A stretch of 64,000 bases of DNA from contig LFCN01000006.1 in the NCBI GenBank assembly GCA_001189075.1, positions 237,219 through 301,218 on the forward strand. Reading direction: 5' to 3'. The DNA is from Parcubacteria bacterium C7867-004 (GTDB taxonomy: Bacteria > Patescibacteriota > Minisyncoccia > Phycocordibacterales > Phycocordibacteraceae). The position numbers and the translations under genes are program-made. This document shows, piece by piece, positions 38,020 through 47,037 of the stretch. Position 1 is the first letter of the stretch. Each line of letters begins with the position of its first letter. The notes beneath the pieces were generated by a model. That model saw only the letters and a program-made list of their open reading frames with translations. It ran no database searches and had not been told where the DNA came from.

Positions 38020-38406
38020 TCAGTGTTTGGGAACAATTTTGAGAGCATCTGCTTCCTTCAGATGCTTCAGGAAGTGCGACATGCCGTCGCGCATGTCTCT
38101 GGCCCAGAAGTCGGCGAAGAACACTTCCGCATCTGCGAGCAGGTCAGTGAAGTCATCGCCCTTGATCGTGGGGTTGGTGAGGTCGCCGCTCAGATCAACT
38201 CGCGTGACTGCCTGAGCCTCGACGAAGAGTCGCACCCCGCCGTTCCAGCTGTCTCGCTGAATTCGAACGGTCTCCTGCCCGTTGCGAGACAGGATGAGGT
38301 CCTGGATGCCGAGCCCCGGCTCATACACCCCTTCGTACAGACCTCGTGGGCTGTACATTACGCCCTGCTCCCTCGCCAGTTCCCGCACGTTGTCTTGATA
38401 GCCCAT
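38020..38406 (-). CDS. hypothetical protein (cassette 3)
   Basis: Start at MGYQDN after a GGGAGGTG RBS. The longer ORF to 38505 would run through repeat copy 3, so it is rejected. Confidence 0.5.
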   Translation of the reverse strand: MGYQDNVRELAREQGVMYSPRGLYEGVYEPGLGIQDLILSRNGQETVRIQRDSWNGGVRLFVEAQAVTRVDLSGDLTNPTIKGDDFTDLLADAEVFFADFWARDMRDGMSHFLKHLKEADALKIVPKH

Positions 38407-38453
38407 AAACACCTCCCTGGGGTCTGGACAGAACCTAGCATGGATTGCGTGAG

Positions 38454-38478
38454 GGTTCCAACGTCGTACCAGACACCC
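38454..38478 (-). repeat. conserved 25-nt element, copy 3
   Basis: GGTTCCAACGTCGTACCAGACACCC. Confidence 0.8.
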
Positions 38479-38537
38479 ACTATACAAAAGACCCGCCGAC
38501 AACATGCCAGCGGGCCCAGAAAACTATACTCGTGCGA

Positions 38538-38792
38538 CTAGGGGATCTTGTCCACCACCGCTTGAGCCTTGAGGAGCTGGTACACCATGAGCGGACCCAT
38601 GGCGAACGCGCCCCTCTCATTGTCGGACATGGGCGGGAGTTTGAGGAGCCACTCCGCCACATGAGCGGCGATGATGGGGTTCTCCTCAGTGACCTCCTTC
38701 AGCCAGTTGCCGACATCGGCACCGGCTCTGTCCCGGACCGACTCCATCACGGCGTCGGAGGTTGCTCGGGACACTACAGGAAGTTCGGTCAT
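38538..38792 (-). CDS. hypothetical protein (cassette 4)
   Basis: 84 aa. TTGACA...TATTAT promoter and a GGTG RBS. Confidence 0.45.
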   Translation of the reverse strand: MTELPVVSRATSDAVMESVRDRAGADVGNWLKEVTEENPIIAAHVAEWLLKLPPMSDNERGAFAMGPLMVYQLLKAQAVVDKIP

Positions 38793-38893
38793 TTCACCTA
38801 ATCCTTGTGAGTTGTTGTCAGAATGTGCTCAAATACATAATACACATATATTATGTATTTGTCAATGTTTTAAGAGCAAAAGCCTTCAAAAAA

Positions 38894-38918
38894 GGTTCCA
38901 ACGTCGTACCAGACACCC
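38894..38918 (-). repeat. conserved 25-nt element, copy 4
   Basis: GGTTCCAACGTCGTACCAGACACCC, 5 nt beyond the stop of the L,D-transpeptidase gene. Confidence 0.8.
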
Positions 38919-38923
38919 AGCTC

Positions 38924-39751
38924 CTAATTTTGCACCAGAACTGAAGTACCAAGCTGAGCCCATGCATACAGCTTCTCCGCTGTGTCGAGCGGCAGGTTCA
39001 CGCAACCATGCGACCACTGCTTCCCGAACTCGGTATGCCAGTATGCGCCGTGTATCGCTCCGCCCTCTTTGGTGAAATACAGGTTCCAGGGGACACCGGG
39101 AAGGTCATAATACTGATCGGATATGCCGGGAAGCGGCCCTTGCATGTAGCGGCTCGGAGTCTTTCGATACACGCTGAAGAAGCCGCGCGGCGTCGGTGTG
39201 AGATCGAGCCCGGTCGATGCCTGAGACTCCATGAAGAGTTCCTCGCCCTCATATGCGTAGAGCTTCTGTTCGGAGATATCGACTACAATGTGCTTTTTCG
39301 CTGACGGTTCATTCTGCATATCTTCAACAGGGAAGAATGGATGGACGAAATCTCCGGCGACATACCAGTCCTTAGCCACGCGATCGGGATACCGAATCCA
39401 TTCGGTGAATTGAACCCGATACCACGTTCGTCCGGTGGAATCGATGCTCGTGCTCGTCGCAACCGGTAATACCATGCCGGTGCGGAGGTTACCGATCGAA
39501 GGAGCCGTGCTCGTCGGCGCCGAGCGTATGTTCACGCATGCTCCTTCGAAATGCGGTCCGCATCCGTCGAGTATCTCTATATATGGGGGATGTGGAGCAG
39601 TGTTTTCCTGCTCCGTGAACAGCTCCGAGAAGAGGTTGGCGGCTGGGCCTTCCACACCGCCCGTCTCTGGTTTAGAAAAGAGAACGAACAAGAGGATACA
39701 GATAAGTACGGCCGCGCAGGCGAGAAGCGGTATCCAAGTAATTTTACGCAT
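38924..39751 (-). CDS. L,D-transpeptidase (YkuD domain) with N-terminal anchor
   Basis: HIVVDISEQKLYAYEG...SHGCVNLP catalytic His/Cys motif. N-terminal TM. Confidence 0.8.
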   Translation of the reverse strand: MRKITWIPLLACAAVLICILLFVLFSKPETGGVEGPAANLFSELFTEQENTAPHPPYIEILDGCGPHFEGACVNIRSAPTSTAPSIGNLRTGMVLPVATSTSIDSTGRTWYRVQFTEWIRYPDRVAKDWYVAGDFVHPFFPVEDMQNEPSAKKHIVVDISEQKLYAYEGEELFMESQASTGLDLTPTPRGFFSVYRKTPSRYMQGPLPGISDQYYDLPGVPWNLYFTKEGGAIHGAYWHTEFGKQWSHGCVNLPLDTAEKLYAWAQLGTSVLVQN

Positions 39752-39816
39752 GAAGGCCGACTGATTCCCGCATATGCCGATGTATCTCCATGCAATCCGT
39801 TCTTCGGTATGCCGGG

Positions 39817-40278
39817 TTACGGCACAAGCTGCGAGAATACCTCGTCAGTACCGTCTCCTTTCGTGAAGTCCGCCCACCGCACCCTGCTCGGCGTTATCTT
39901 GTAGAAGAGCACACGGCCTGCATCGAGGTGCGTAAGCGGGGCGAAATGCGGACCGTTCTTCATGAGCGTATCCATGAGTTCCTGCACGATCGGATCGATT
40001 GTTGCGGTATCGGTGAGCTCGGATATCACGCCTTCTATCTGTATCGTCCGCGGCACGTCTTCAGCGGATACAACGAACGCAGCATGATGATCGTTATTGA
40101 TGTCCTCAACCTTGCTCGTTCCGGAAAGCGTAAGGAAGAATATCCCGAACGAATCATCAGAGGCGTAATAGACGCTCCTCGCTCTCGGCTCCCCCTCGGG
40201 CGATACGGTCGCGAGTACGCCGAACGCGCGCTCCTTGAGGAAGGAGAGCGCCGTCTGCCTCGTAAGTGGATCGGTCAT
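39817..40278 (-). CDS. pyridoxamine 5'-phosphate oxidase-like FMN-binding protein
   Basis: ERAFGVLATVSPEGEPRARSVYY...FFLT is a split-barrel PNPOx signature. Confidence 0.7.
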   Translation of the reverse strand: MTDPLTRQTALSFLKERAFGVLATVSPEGEPRARSVYYASDDSFGIFFLTLSGTSKVEDINNDHHAAFVVSAEDVPRTIQIEGVISELTDTATIDPIVQELMDTLMKNGPHFAPLTHLDAGRVLFYKITPSRVRWADFTKGDGTDEVFSQLVP

Positions 40279-40350
40279 ATGCCTCTAGTGTATACCATTC
40301 GGAACGGTATACTTACCGGGAGCTGTCAATTGCCCATAATCCCACACACC

Positions 40351-40758
40351 ATGAAAGGATTCGTCTCAAACATTGAGCAGGAAACTCTGGAAAACGAGGA
40401 TTTCCGACGCGTTCTCTATACTGCCGAGCACTGCCAGCTCGTGCTCATGTGCATACCCGCAGGCGGTGAAATCGGCGAAGAGGTGCATGATGTCGATCAA
40501 TTCATCCGTATCGAGGAAGGGGAAGGGGAAAGCATCCTCGACGGCGTGGAGCGTGATCTAACCGACGGTTCAGTCATCATCATTCCGGCGGGAGTACGGC
40601 ATAACATCAAGAACGTACTGCCGGACGAACCGCTGAAGCTCTATAGTCTTTACGCACCTCCGCACCATAAGGACGCAACTGTCCATAGGACGAAGGAGGA
40701 TGCCATGAAAAGTGAGGAAGAATTCGACGGTGAGACGACTGATGACCTTACGCCGTAA
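40351..40758 (+). CDS. cupin domain protein
   Basis: GGEIGEEVHDVDQFIRIEEGEG...IIIPAGVRHNIKN gives two cupin His motifs. Confidence 0.7.
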   Translation: MKGFVSNIEQETLENEDFRRVLYTAEHCQLVLMCIPAGGEIGEEVHDVDQFIRIEEGEGESILDGVERDLTDGSVIIIPAGVRHNIKNVLPDEPLKLYSLYAPPHHKDATVHRTKEDAMKSEEEFDGETTDDLTP

Positions 40759-40761
40759 GTT

Positions 40762-41241
40762 ATGAATACCGGCACACGATTCGCGCGTTCGTTCATCTTG
40801 TACGTCGCAACACTCCTGTTCTTCGGTGTAGGAGCGATAACAACCTTGGGCATTGATTGGTATGCGACGCTTCGGCTTCCGTCCTGGGCACCGCCGGAGC
40901 TCGTCGTCGCTCTCATCTGGTTCGTTCTCTTCCTATGCACAGCCTTCTCGGTAATCCGATTCTGGGAGCACTCAAAGAGAGATGAGATTTCTTTCCGTTC
41001 GGTTATCTACCTGTATGTGCTGAATAGCTTCTTGGTACTTCTCTGGAACTACTTGTTCTTCGGAGTTCACGAGCTTGGCTTCGCGTTCGCTGCCGCAGTG
41101 GCTGTGGGAGTGTCGGTGGCCATCCTCATATTCCGTCTCTGGAGGGAAGCTCGCACGTCGGCGCTGCTTCTCGTGCCGTATCTGGCGTGGATGCTGTTCG
41201 CCCTTCTGTACACGTATACGGTTATGTCCTTGAACGCGTAA
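40762..41241 (+). CDS. tspO: TspO/MBR family tryptophan-rich sensory protein
   Basis: WYATLRLPSWAPP..., five TM helices, conserved Trp and Tyr residues. Confidence 0.8.
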   Translation: MNTGTRFARSFILYVATLLFFGVGAITTLGIDWYATLRLPSWAPPELVVALIWFVLFLCTAFSVIRFWEHSKRDEISFRSVIYLYVLNSFLVLLWNYLFFGVHELGFAFAAAVAVGVSVAILIFRLWREARTSALLLVPYLAWMLFALLYTYTVMSLNA

Positions 41242-41407
41242 CGGGAGAGTCTCTGAAAGCGCTTACAAAGTCCGATTAGGTTTGTTTAGGTGTTGCGCAG
41301 TCGACCGGCAATAAAAGGAAGTCGCACACCAACCGAGGAGCGGGGTTACCGAATAAGGTGCCTGGCCCGATTTATCCACGACGGTATACCGGGTATAGAA
41401 TAGGAAC

Positions 41408-41866
41408 ATGGAACTCGATGCACTCAGGCAGTTTATCCTTGGTGCGAGTAGGGCGACGTACGCCTCGGGAGATGCGTCAATAAAAGAGAGGCAACCGGAC
41501 AACTCAACGACCATTCGTTTTGAACAAGGTGAGTTTCGTTACCACGACAACTATTTCGGCGGCGAGCCCTATGGAGGACGTGAGGTCGTCTTTCATAACG
41601 ATAAACCGGTGTGGATGATGGTGTACTACGGTCTCGTCGATGCGGGCGTCCCGAAGCAAGATGTCTACCCGTTCCTTATGGAGAGCCTGTCACAAGCTAC
41701 TCTCGATATGCCGTATCGTGGACCTGCGGATTACCGGCGCGGAGACTACCGGTATGAAAACTTGCTCGAGGGCGATCTCGATTCGTTCTCAGGCATTGAG
41801 AAGATCTTCAGGGATAAAGAATGTATTTATGAAGCTAGATATATGGGTGGTCTTATTGATCAGTGA
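41408..41866 (+). CDS. hypothetical protein (DUF5680-like)
   Basis: 152-aa soluble ORF. Family guess only. Confidence 0.4.
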   Translation: MELDALRQFILGASRATYASGDASIKERQPDNSTTIRFEQGEFRYHDNYFGGEPYGGREVVFHNDKPVWMMVYYGLVDAGVPKQDVYPFLMESLSQATLDMPYRGPADYRRGDYRYENLLEGDLDSFSGIEKIFRDKECIYEARYMGGLIDQ

Positions 41867-41914
41867 GGCGGGTATTGTCGGATAGAGAATATATCCGCGT
41901 GCTACGCTTTCGGC

Positions 41915-42688
41915 ATGAAGGTCAAGCCGGTAAGCATAGTCATCCCTACGCTTAACGAGGAACAGTATCTGCCGCGCCTGCTTGAATCCCTAGTAAGCGT
42001 CACGAGCCCACTCGATATCATCGTGGTCGACGGCGCATCGGAGGACGGGACCGTCCACGTCGTCGAGCGATTCTCATCATCGTTCCAAAGAGACTCTTCA
42101 CTCACCTTGATACAAAGTCCGGAGCGGGGAATATCCCTCCAGCGCAACAAGGGAGCCGAACAGGCAACGCATGACATTCTGATTTTCTGCGATGCCGACA
42201 TTGTCTTTCCTTCAGACGAGGTATTCCAAAGGATCGTTACTGAATTGGTAGAAAAGAAGTATGCGGTAGCGGCTCCACTACTTCGACCCATTGAGTCCGG
42301 GAATGATCTGAAACGCTTGTATCATATTCTTACCCTCATGCAGAAGTTGCTACTCTTCTTCGGTCGGCCGTTTTTCGCCGGCTCATGCCTGCTTACCTCA
42401 AAGGACGTGTTCAAGCGCGCGGGAGGATTCGATGAGACTATCATGCTCGGAGAAGATGTCGATTATTCGATTCGGGCAGCAAAACTCGGACGTGCCGGTC
42501 TGGTGCATATCGAGCTACCGGTCTCAGCTAGACGAGCAATCAAGTATGGATATAAGTGGCTTCTCTCCGAACTTCCAAATCTTTTCAGATTTCTTCTAAC
42601 CGGCAAATTGAAATCGGAAACCATCTACTATCCGTTCGGGGAATACGGAGGCCAGAAGCCGCATCATGTAACGCGAAATACGGGTTGA
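41915..42688 (+). CDS. family 2 glycosyltransferase
   Basis: VSIVIPTLNEE...VVDGASEDGT...CDAD with DxD. Confidence 0.8.
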   Translation: MKVKPVSIVIPTLNEEQYLPRLLESLVSVTSPLDIIVVDGASEDGTVHVVERFSSSFQRDSSLTLIQSPERGISLQRNKGAEQATHDILIFCDADIVFPSDEVFQRIVTELVEKKYAVAAPLLRPIESGNDLKRLYHILTLMQKLLLFFGRPFFAGSCLLTSKDVFKRAGGFDETIMLGEDVDYSIRAAKLGRAGLVHIELPVSARRAIKYGYKWLLSELPNLFRFLLTGKLKSETIYYPFGEYGGQKPHHVTRNTG

Positions 42689-42719
42689 TAGAGTTCCTTC
42701 CGTATAGAAAGAGAACGCG

Positions 42720-43070
42720 CTATTTCCGCAGGATCTTCTCCATCGCTTTTCCTTTCGCGAGCTCATCGATGAGCTTGTCGAGATAGCGGATCTCGCGCAT
42801 GGTTGGCTCCTGTATGTCTTCTACACGGATGCCGCACACTACGCCCGTTATCAATTTCCTCGAGGGATTGAGCTTCGGCGCTGTAGCGAAGAAGGTCTCC
42901 AGGTCGGTGCCTTTCTTCAATTGGGATTCTAGTTTCTTAGGCGTGTAGCCGGTCATCCAGCGGATGATCTCATTCACTTCAGCTTTCGTCCGACCTTTCC
43001 GCTCCGCCTTGGCGATATAGAGCGGGTAGACTCGCGCGAAGCTCATCGTATAGATCCGGTGTTTGTCCAT
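42720..43070 (-). CDS. DUF2200 family protein
   Basis: 116 aa. ...[22 protein letters not shown]... is typical of DUF2200. Confidence 0.5.
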   Translation of the reverse strand: MDKHRIYTMSFARVYPLYIAKAERKGRTKAEVNEIIRWMTGYTPKKLESQLKKGTDLETFFATAPKLNPSRKLITGVVCGIRVEDIQEPTMREIRYLDKLIDELAKGKAMEKILRK

Positions 43071-43147
43071 GGTGCCTTACTTTGTATACGCAAGGCTACC
43101 ACGACTTAGACTAGGGACCGGTCCGGGCCTCTGCTAGGATAGATCCG

Positions 43148-43471
43148 ATGAAGAACCTATCAGCACTCCTTCTCCCGCTGCTGCTGATAGCCATACTCGC
43201 ATTCGGCGGCATCCTGCACGCAACGCTTCCGCATTCCCATACGGGAACCGCGATGATGACGGACCTAATGCATACCGTGACGAGCACCGCCTCAAAGGAG
43301 CTGTTCGCGTTCGTGCAGCTTGCAATTCCGTTCCTGTTCATTCTGGCTGTCTCGCTCGCCAGGCTTCTTCCTGCGAGCCACTTCTCGCTTTATGCGATAC
43401 GGGCCTCATCGCGCGATACCAGCATCCAAGCGCTCAGGCGGGGCATCGTGCACTATCGACGCTTCCTCTAG
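43148..43471 (+). CDS. small membrane protein with His/Met-rich loop
   Basis: Two TM helices flank HATLPHSHTGTAMMTDLMH. Confidence 0.4.
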   Translation: MKNLSALLLPLLLIAILAFGGILHATLPHSHTGTAMMTDLMHTVTSTASKELFAFVQLAIPFLFILAVSLARLLPASHFSLYAIRASSRDTSIQALRRGIVHYRRFL

Positions 43472-43518
43472 TTTGCACTCGTATTCCTTTTACTGGGGTT
43501 CGAGTATCACAATCTAAG

Positions 43519-44196
43519 ATGAAGTATCTATTCGCGTTCGCACTGGCATTGTCTCTCGTAGTCATGCCGGTTTCAGTCAGTGCTCACGAGGTGCAGCAGT
43601 TCGAGATAAATGGTGAGCACTATGAATTCGTCGTTGGTTCGCTTAACGAGCCAGTTACCGTGGATGACAAAACGGGTGTGTACCTGCATGTCCGGGAAGT
43701 CGGCCATGTCGCAGGCGGGGAAGCTGACCACCATGCTGCCGCCGGAGCGCTCGCCGGTCTCGAAGAGACGCTCCAGGTAGAGATCTCAGCGGGTACTGAG
43801 AAGAAGGTGCTCGCGCTCTCGCCGATACATGATGAGCCGGGCGCATACCGCGCTTCCTTCTATCCGACTGTCGCGACCACGTACTCGTATCGCTTCTTCG
43901 GCACGATAGAGGAGACCCCAGTGGACCTCGCCTTCACTTGCAGCCAGGCGGGTCACGCAGTAGCCGAAGAGGACACGAAGGAAGTAGTCCTCTCTGAAGG
44001 TGTGACTCGCATCAGCAAGACGGGCGCGTTCGGTTGCCCGGCTCCAAAGGAAGATCTTGGATTCCCTGAACCAGCCGTAACCATGACCAGTCTCAGGGAT
44101 GATGTCGCGAAGGCGAACACACTCGCTACGGGAGCGATGGGCGTCGCCGTCCTTGCGATCCTCGGCATGGCCTATATCGCAATGCGCAAGAAATAA
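43519..44196 (+). CDS. YcnI-like (DUF1775) secreted copper-binding protein with C-terminal TM anchor
   Basis: Signal peptide. Predicted mature N-terminus begins with His (SA|HEVQ). C-terminal TM. Sits directly upstream of the CopC-CopD gene, as in the Bacillus ycn locus. Confidence 0.5.
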   Translation: MKYLFAFALALSLVVMPVSVSAHEVQQFEINGEHYEFVVGSLNEPVTVDDKTGVYLHVREVGHVAGGEADHHAAAGALAGLEETLQVEISAGTEKKVLALSPIHDEPGAYRASFYPTVATTYSYRFFGTIEETPVDLAFTCSQAGHAVAEEDTKEVVLSEGVTRISKTGAFGCPAPKEDLGFPEPAVTMTSLRDDVAKANTLATGAMGVAVLAILGMAYIAMRKK

Positions 44197-44252
44197 TCGA
44201 GCGTTTGCTCGCGGGGTCTCGGTACTCGGGACCTCGCCGCAAGTCCTTGCAT

Positions 44253-47003
44253 ATGAAACTACTACTCACATCGATACTCGTAGCTTTCGCATTCATCGTT
44301 CTGCCGATGGAAGCATCTGCGCATGCTTCGCCGATAGACTATGCGCCGAAGTCGTCCGCGGGCCTTACGGAAGCTCCCTCAGAGATTAGTATCAGATTCA
44401 GCGAGCGGCTCGAGCCGGGCGCAAGCCGCATCGTTGTCACGGACAGCTCCGGCGCGCGATTATCTACGGGGAATGCCACGGTCGATCCGAGTGATCCTCG
44501 TGTCCTTACGCTCGCTATTCCGCAAAGCAGGGAAGGCACCTTCATTGTTACCTGGAGTGTCGTGTCTTCGGACGACGGGCACTTTACGAAAGGCGGCTAT
44601 ACGTACTTCGTAGGGCAGGAAGACGTGGTAGGGAGTACCACCCCTCAAGTGGAAGTGGTGCAGCTTTCGGCGCTTCCTGAAGCCTCAGCGATATTCGTCG
44701 AACTCTTGGGGAATTCATTCCTGCTCGGCGCCCTATTCCTGTTCGCGTTTTGCATACGCAGGGTGCTTCCGGGCTTTTCCGAGCGGGAACGCTCTGCTAT
44801 CTCGCGGGTATATCTGTCCTTCGTTGCTGTCGGCATCGTATTCGTACTTGGCGGCGGAATATCGCATGTGCTACTTAAGACCCTTGAGCTCGCGAGCCTG
44901 CACGAGATACCGATAGGCGAAGCATTCCCGCTCTATACCGCAACGGTGGCAGGTTCCGCGACGATAGGAAGGGCGCTCGTTGCTCTATCGTTCGGCGTCC
45001 TGTTCCTCTTCCGGCGCCGGATCATCCTGCAGGCTTCAAAGCTCACCCTCTCTGAGGTCGCTCTGTTCCTGCTGCTCTGCGTGTTCGCGTATCTTCGCGC
45101 GAAGGTAAGTCATGCAACCGCTAACCCCTTCTTCCCGGAGCTATCCGTCCTCGTTAATTTCGTGCATCTCATCGGCAAGGATGCCTGGGCCGGCATGTTG
45201 GGCGTTCTCTCCGTGATGCTTCTGGTCCCGACGCTCCGCGCGCACCTTCCCGAACTGCTCCCAAAAGCATTCAAGCTCATGTTGGGAGCCGCCGCGCTTG
45301 TTGCGATAAGCGCCACATATATCGTATGGCTCCATCTCAAGGACTTCTCGAATCTTTCCTCGACGCTCTGGGGCGAGCGATTCGTTCCGCTTGCGATTAC
45401 CGCCCTACTTGCGGTCGGATTACTCACGTACCACGTCCTGAGTAATCGCTTCCGACCGGCGCTATTCAGCCGTTTCCTTGCGTACACACTCCCTGCAGAA
45501 TTCGCAGCCGGCGTACTCGTAGTCTTCTTCTCAAGCCTTCTCATCATCACGTCTCCGCCGCTCGAGATGTCTCGAGGACAAGTATTCAGGGTGAGCGATC
45601 AGGGTATTAAGATCGAGTTTCAGGCGTCGCCGTACGAAGACGAGGCGGGGCTGATAACCGTCACGAGCAAAACGGGAAGCGCTCTCAATCAGCCGACGGC
45701 ATTCCTCGGGACCAATAGCGAAGAGGGGGTACTCCTGGCACTCAAGAAACGCTTCGATGGAGGATACGCGTTCCCGCTCGCACTGCTTCCGCTTGATAAC
45801 CCGAGCACGCTTACCGTAAACGTGTCCCAAGAAGGCGGATATGACGCTCGCGCGAGCTTCAGCGTCTCGCGCGCCAGCCTCATACCGAGCGCCGGGCCGC
45901 CACGCAGCCTGGATGCGTTCACGCTCGTCATGATCGCTGTCGCGGCCGCCGCCGTCATCTTCCTCGTGCTGCTGTATAGGACTTCATCCGCAACGTATCC
46001 CGCGATCGGCAAGCATGCGTGGTTCGCTCCGATACTCGGCATCTTGCTCTTAATCTTTATTTCGAGCCAGCTCATTGCTGGAGCGAAGCTTCTGTTCGGA
46101 AACTCGTATAAGAAGGAGTGTCTGTCAGACGGCAACGCCTGGCACCTCATGCTTCCGTCCAAGGATTCGATACCGCAGTCCTCCATCCCGAGAGAAGGAT
46201 GCATGGCACTCGGCGGCGCGTTCCATATCGCGGACAGCCGCGAATACCAGTACCTGAAGTCTCCCGGAGAGTCGAACGTACACTTCGCGCATGAGCTGAC
46301 CGATCTGCAGGCCGGCATTCCGGTCGATATCGAGTTATCTATCGTCGACGAGGAAGGAAAGGATGCGCTCCTCTCGCTCGTGCATGAGCGTCTCGTGCAC
46401 GCCATGATAACGAGCAAGGACATGAAAGAATTCTGGCACGTGCATCCTGAGCGCCAGGAAGACGGAAGCTTCATCCTTCCATTCACATTCCCGCGCTCGG
46501 GAGAATATCTGCTCGCGCTCGATTACACGAACGGGCTCTCTTCGGTGACCGAGACGTTTCCTCTGGCGGTAGCGGGTTCGATTCCTCAAGATCCTCAGCC
46601 TGCTCTCTATCCGTCGCCCGAAAAGATAGATAACTATGAGATCCGCCTCGAGCACTCGCTGCTGTTCGTAGGCCGAAAAGAAACGTTTACGTACCGCATA
46701 ACGCGCAACGGGGAAGACGTTACCGATCTTGCGCCGTATCTGGGGGCCGCGATGCATCTGGCGGTGGTAAAGAACGATCTCTCCGCGTTCATCCATACGC
46801 ATGGGGAAGTGCATCCGTTCGGTACCGTGACCAAACCGCTCCCGACAAGTACGGTGCATCAGCATGCGCCGCCGCCCGCCCGGTTCGGACCCGTAGTAGA
46901 GGCGCACGTCACGTTCCCGAGTCCCGGCACCTACACGATATTCGGCGAATTCAGCCATGAGAGCGTGGTCCGAACCTCATCATTCACCGTTACGGTCGAG
47001 TAA
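44253..47003 (+). CDS. CopC-CopD fusion (YcnJ-like) copper transport protein with extended C-terminal His-rich domains
   Basis: Signal peptide, SA|HASPIDY...VVSSDDGH CopC domain, ~8 TM CopD region, YtkA-like segment, two more TM helices, then a duplicated WHVHPE / IHTHGEVHP domain. Confidence 0.8.
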   Translation: MKLLLTSILVAFAFIVLPMEASAHASPIDYAPKSSAGLTEAPSEISIRFSERLEPGASRIVVTDSSGARLSTGNATVDPSDPRVLTLAIPQSREGTFIVTWSVVSSDDGHFTKGGYTYFVGQEDVVGSTTPQVEVVQLSALPEASAIFVELLGNSFLLGALFLFAFCIRRVLPGFSERERSAISRVYLSFVAVGIVFVLGGGISHVLLKTLELASLHEIPIGEAFPLYTATVAGSATIGRALVALSFGVLFLFRRRIILQASKLTLSEVALFLLLCVFAYLRAKVSHATANPFFPELSVLVNFVHLIGKDAWAGMLGVLSVMLLVPTLRAHLPELLPKAFKLMLGAAALVAISATYIVWLHLKDFSNLSSTLWGERFVPLAITALLAVGLLTYHVLSNRFRPALFSRFLAYTLPAEFAAGVLVVFFSSLLIITSPPLEMSRGQVFRVSDQGIKIEFQASPYEDEAGLITVTSKTGSALNQPTAFLGTNSEEGVLLALKKRFDGGYAFPLALLPLDNPSTLTVNVSQEGGYDARASFSVSRASLIPSAGPPRSLDAFTLVMIAVAAAAVIFLVLLYRTSSATYPAIGKHAWFAPILGILLLIFISSQLIAGAKLLFGNSYKKECLSDGNAWHLMLPSKDSIPQSSIPREGCMALGGAFHIADSREYQYLKSPGESNVHFAHELTDLQAGIPVDIELSIVDEEGKDALLSLVHERLVHAMITSKDMKEFWHVHPERQEDGSFILPFTFPRSGEYLLALDYTNGLSSVTETFPLAVAGSIPQDPQPALYPSPEKIDNYEIRLEHSLLFVGRKETFTYRITRNGEDVTDLAPYLGAAMHLAVVKNDLSAFIHTHGEVHPFGTVTKPLPTSTVHQHAPPPARFGPVVEAHVTFPSPGTYTIFGEFSHESVVRTSSFTVTVE

Positions 47004-47037
47004 CGCTATGCAGTACGCGCACATATTTCGGTAGGGT

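Noticed and set aside
38407-38505. Longer start (38505) for cassette gene 3
   Set aside because: The extension would translate straight through the conserved 25-nt element (..LYSGCLVRRWNPH..) and lacks an RBS. MGYQ at 38406 has GGGAGGTG upstream.
39790-40350. N-terminal 187 codons of the 322-aa + strand ORF 39790..40758
   Set aside because: This part overlaps the well-supported PNPOx-like gene on the opposite strand and has no motifs. The real cupin gene starts at ATG 40351.
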